From: Guillardia theta CCMP2712
Lineage: Eukaryota; Protista; Cryptophyta
DNA: 64,000 nucleotides
NCBI RefSeq assembly: GCF_000315625.1
Contig: NW_005434652.1
Location: 252,254 to 316,253, forward strand
Reading direction: 5' to 3'
Shown here one piece after another: positions 63,205 to 64,000 of this stretch (position 1 is the stretch's first letter; each line of letters opens with the position of its first letter). The translations under genes and the position numbers were made by a program. Under the pieces are notes generated by a model. The model searched no databases. It saw only the letters and a list, made by a program, of their open reading frames with translations, and was not told the DNA's origin.

Positions 63205-63430
63205 ATGGTCCGGATCTGCGAATGCCGGAAGCCGAGGCCACCGGCCGGGCACTGAGATCATGACTCGGCGCGGCCCGGCCGCGCCCGCGCCGCGAGTGCC
63301 CCGGCCCCCGCGGCGACCCGGCGGGGAGCCTCCGTACGGTATCTGGCCGTGGACCCGGTGTGACTCCTGAACCTTGGAGCCTACTGAACGGTCGGAGCCT
63401 CAGAGCCTCGCGCCACTGCGGGCCGCACTC
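63205..63430. promoter_or_regulatory. CCGG-rich intergenic GC island
   Basis: Same word composition as the islands at 9570, 14330 and 22415. Confidence 0.5.
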
Positions 63431-64000
63431 ATGATCATCGGATTCAACTCTCAGTAGCCTGACTCTGAGCCTGTGAACTTAGCCTCAGTGTTCCGACTTT
63501 GCCAGTACTATACCGGGCCCGCGCAGTCAGGGAAGGCAGAAGGAACATTGAAGGAACCAAAGCCCTGTACGTTTGCTGCCCCAAGCAGGGGAAGAGATGG
63601 CAGGTGCGAGACAATGCAGGGAGGGCCCGGGGGCAGCAGGGGGCTGAGGGCGTGAACAGGTTGATGGCAGCGGCACAGAAACGTAGAACATACGCACGAG
63701 AAGAGCCACAAGCCAGCGAGAGGTTGCTCTCCTCCCCTCCTCCCCCGCTGTCTCAATGTTCACTCTCATTTCCCTCCAGGCCAAGCCTCCTCCCTTCGAG
63801 CCTCCCACAGCCACCTCAAGTTGACGCGCCGAGCTCAAGGGAAGGGCTGGTGAGTTGGATCATACATGCTCCTCTACGATGTTTATTCATGGAGCTTGTG
63901 CAGCAGGAAAAGGTCCCGCGCAACAGAATGTCTGAGTCAGACAACACAGATGTGAGTTTGTACCTCTGCTGGGGCTGCCGGCAGTAGTGACTCTGACCTC

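Noticed and set aside
1-64000. tRNA, rRNA or snRNA genes
   Set aside because: No cloverleaf or recognisable conserved RNA sequence found by eye; a covariance-model scan was not possible.

Overview
Eukaryotic nuclear DNA, gene-dense, with many short GT-AG introns and microsatellite-filled introns. Bipartite signal-peptide+Phe leaders, an RWP-RK gene and a nuclear ccdA point to a secondary-plastid alga, most likely a cryptophyte of the Guillardia/Hanusia type (inference). Recognisable genes: MPC1, a TLC-domain protein, ccdA, an LsmAD-like protein, a ubiquitin-like protein, a pseudo-OTU x2 + acyl-protein-thioesterase fusion, adrenodoxin reductase, an ABC1/ADCK kinase, RWP-RK, TMEM184 and an intronless PRMT7/9-like gene. 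A CRE-clade (RT + restriction-like endonuclease) non-LTR retrotransposon occurs as a near-full, frameshifted copy (53947-~58290, minus) and a 5'-truncated copy (40242-41458, plus). The most interesting signal is a dispersed ~54-nt motif ending ...TTTAACTTAACTTTGAGTAAAG. It lies about 20 nt upstream of two start codons, and one copy sits between the CRE 3' end and the intronless PRMT gene. This raises a spliced-leader relic / SL-associated retroelement hypothesis; a core-promoter or MITE explanation is not excluded. Exon boundaries were read by eye and gene ends are approximate where stated.
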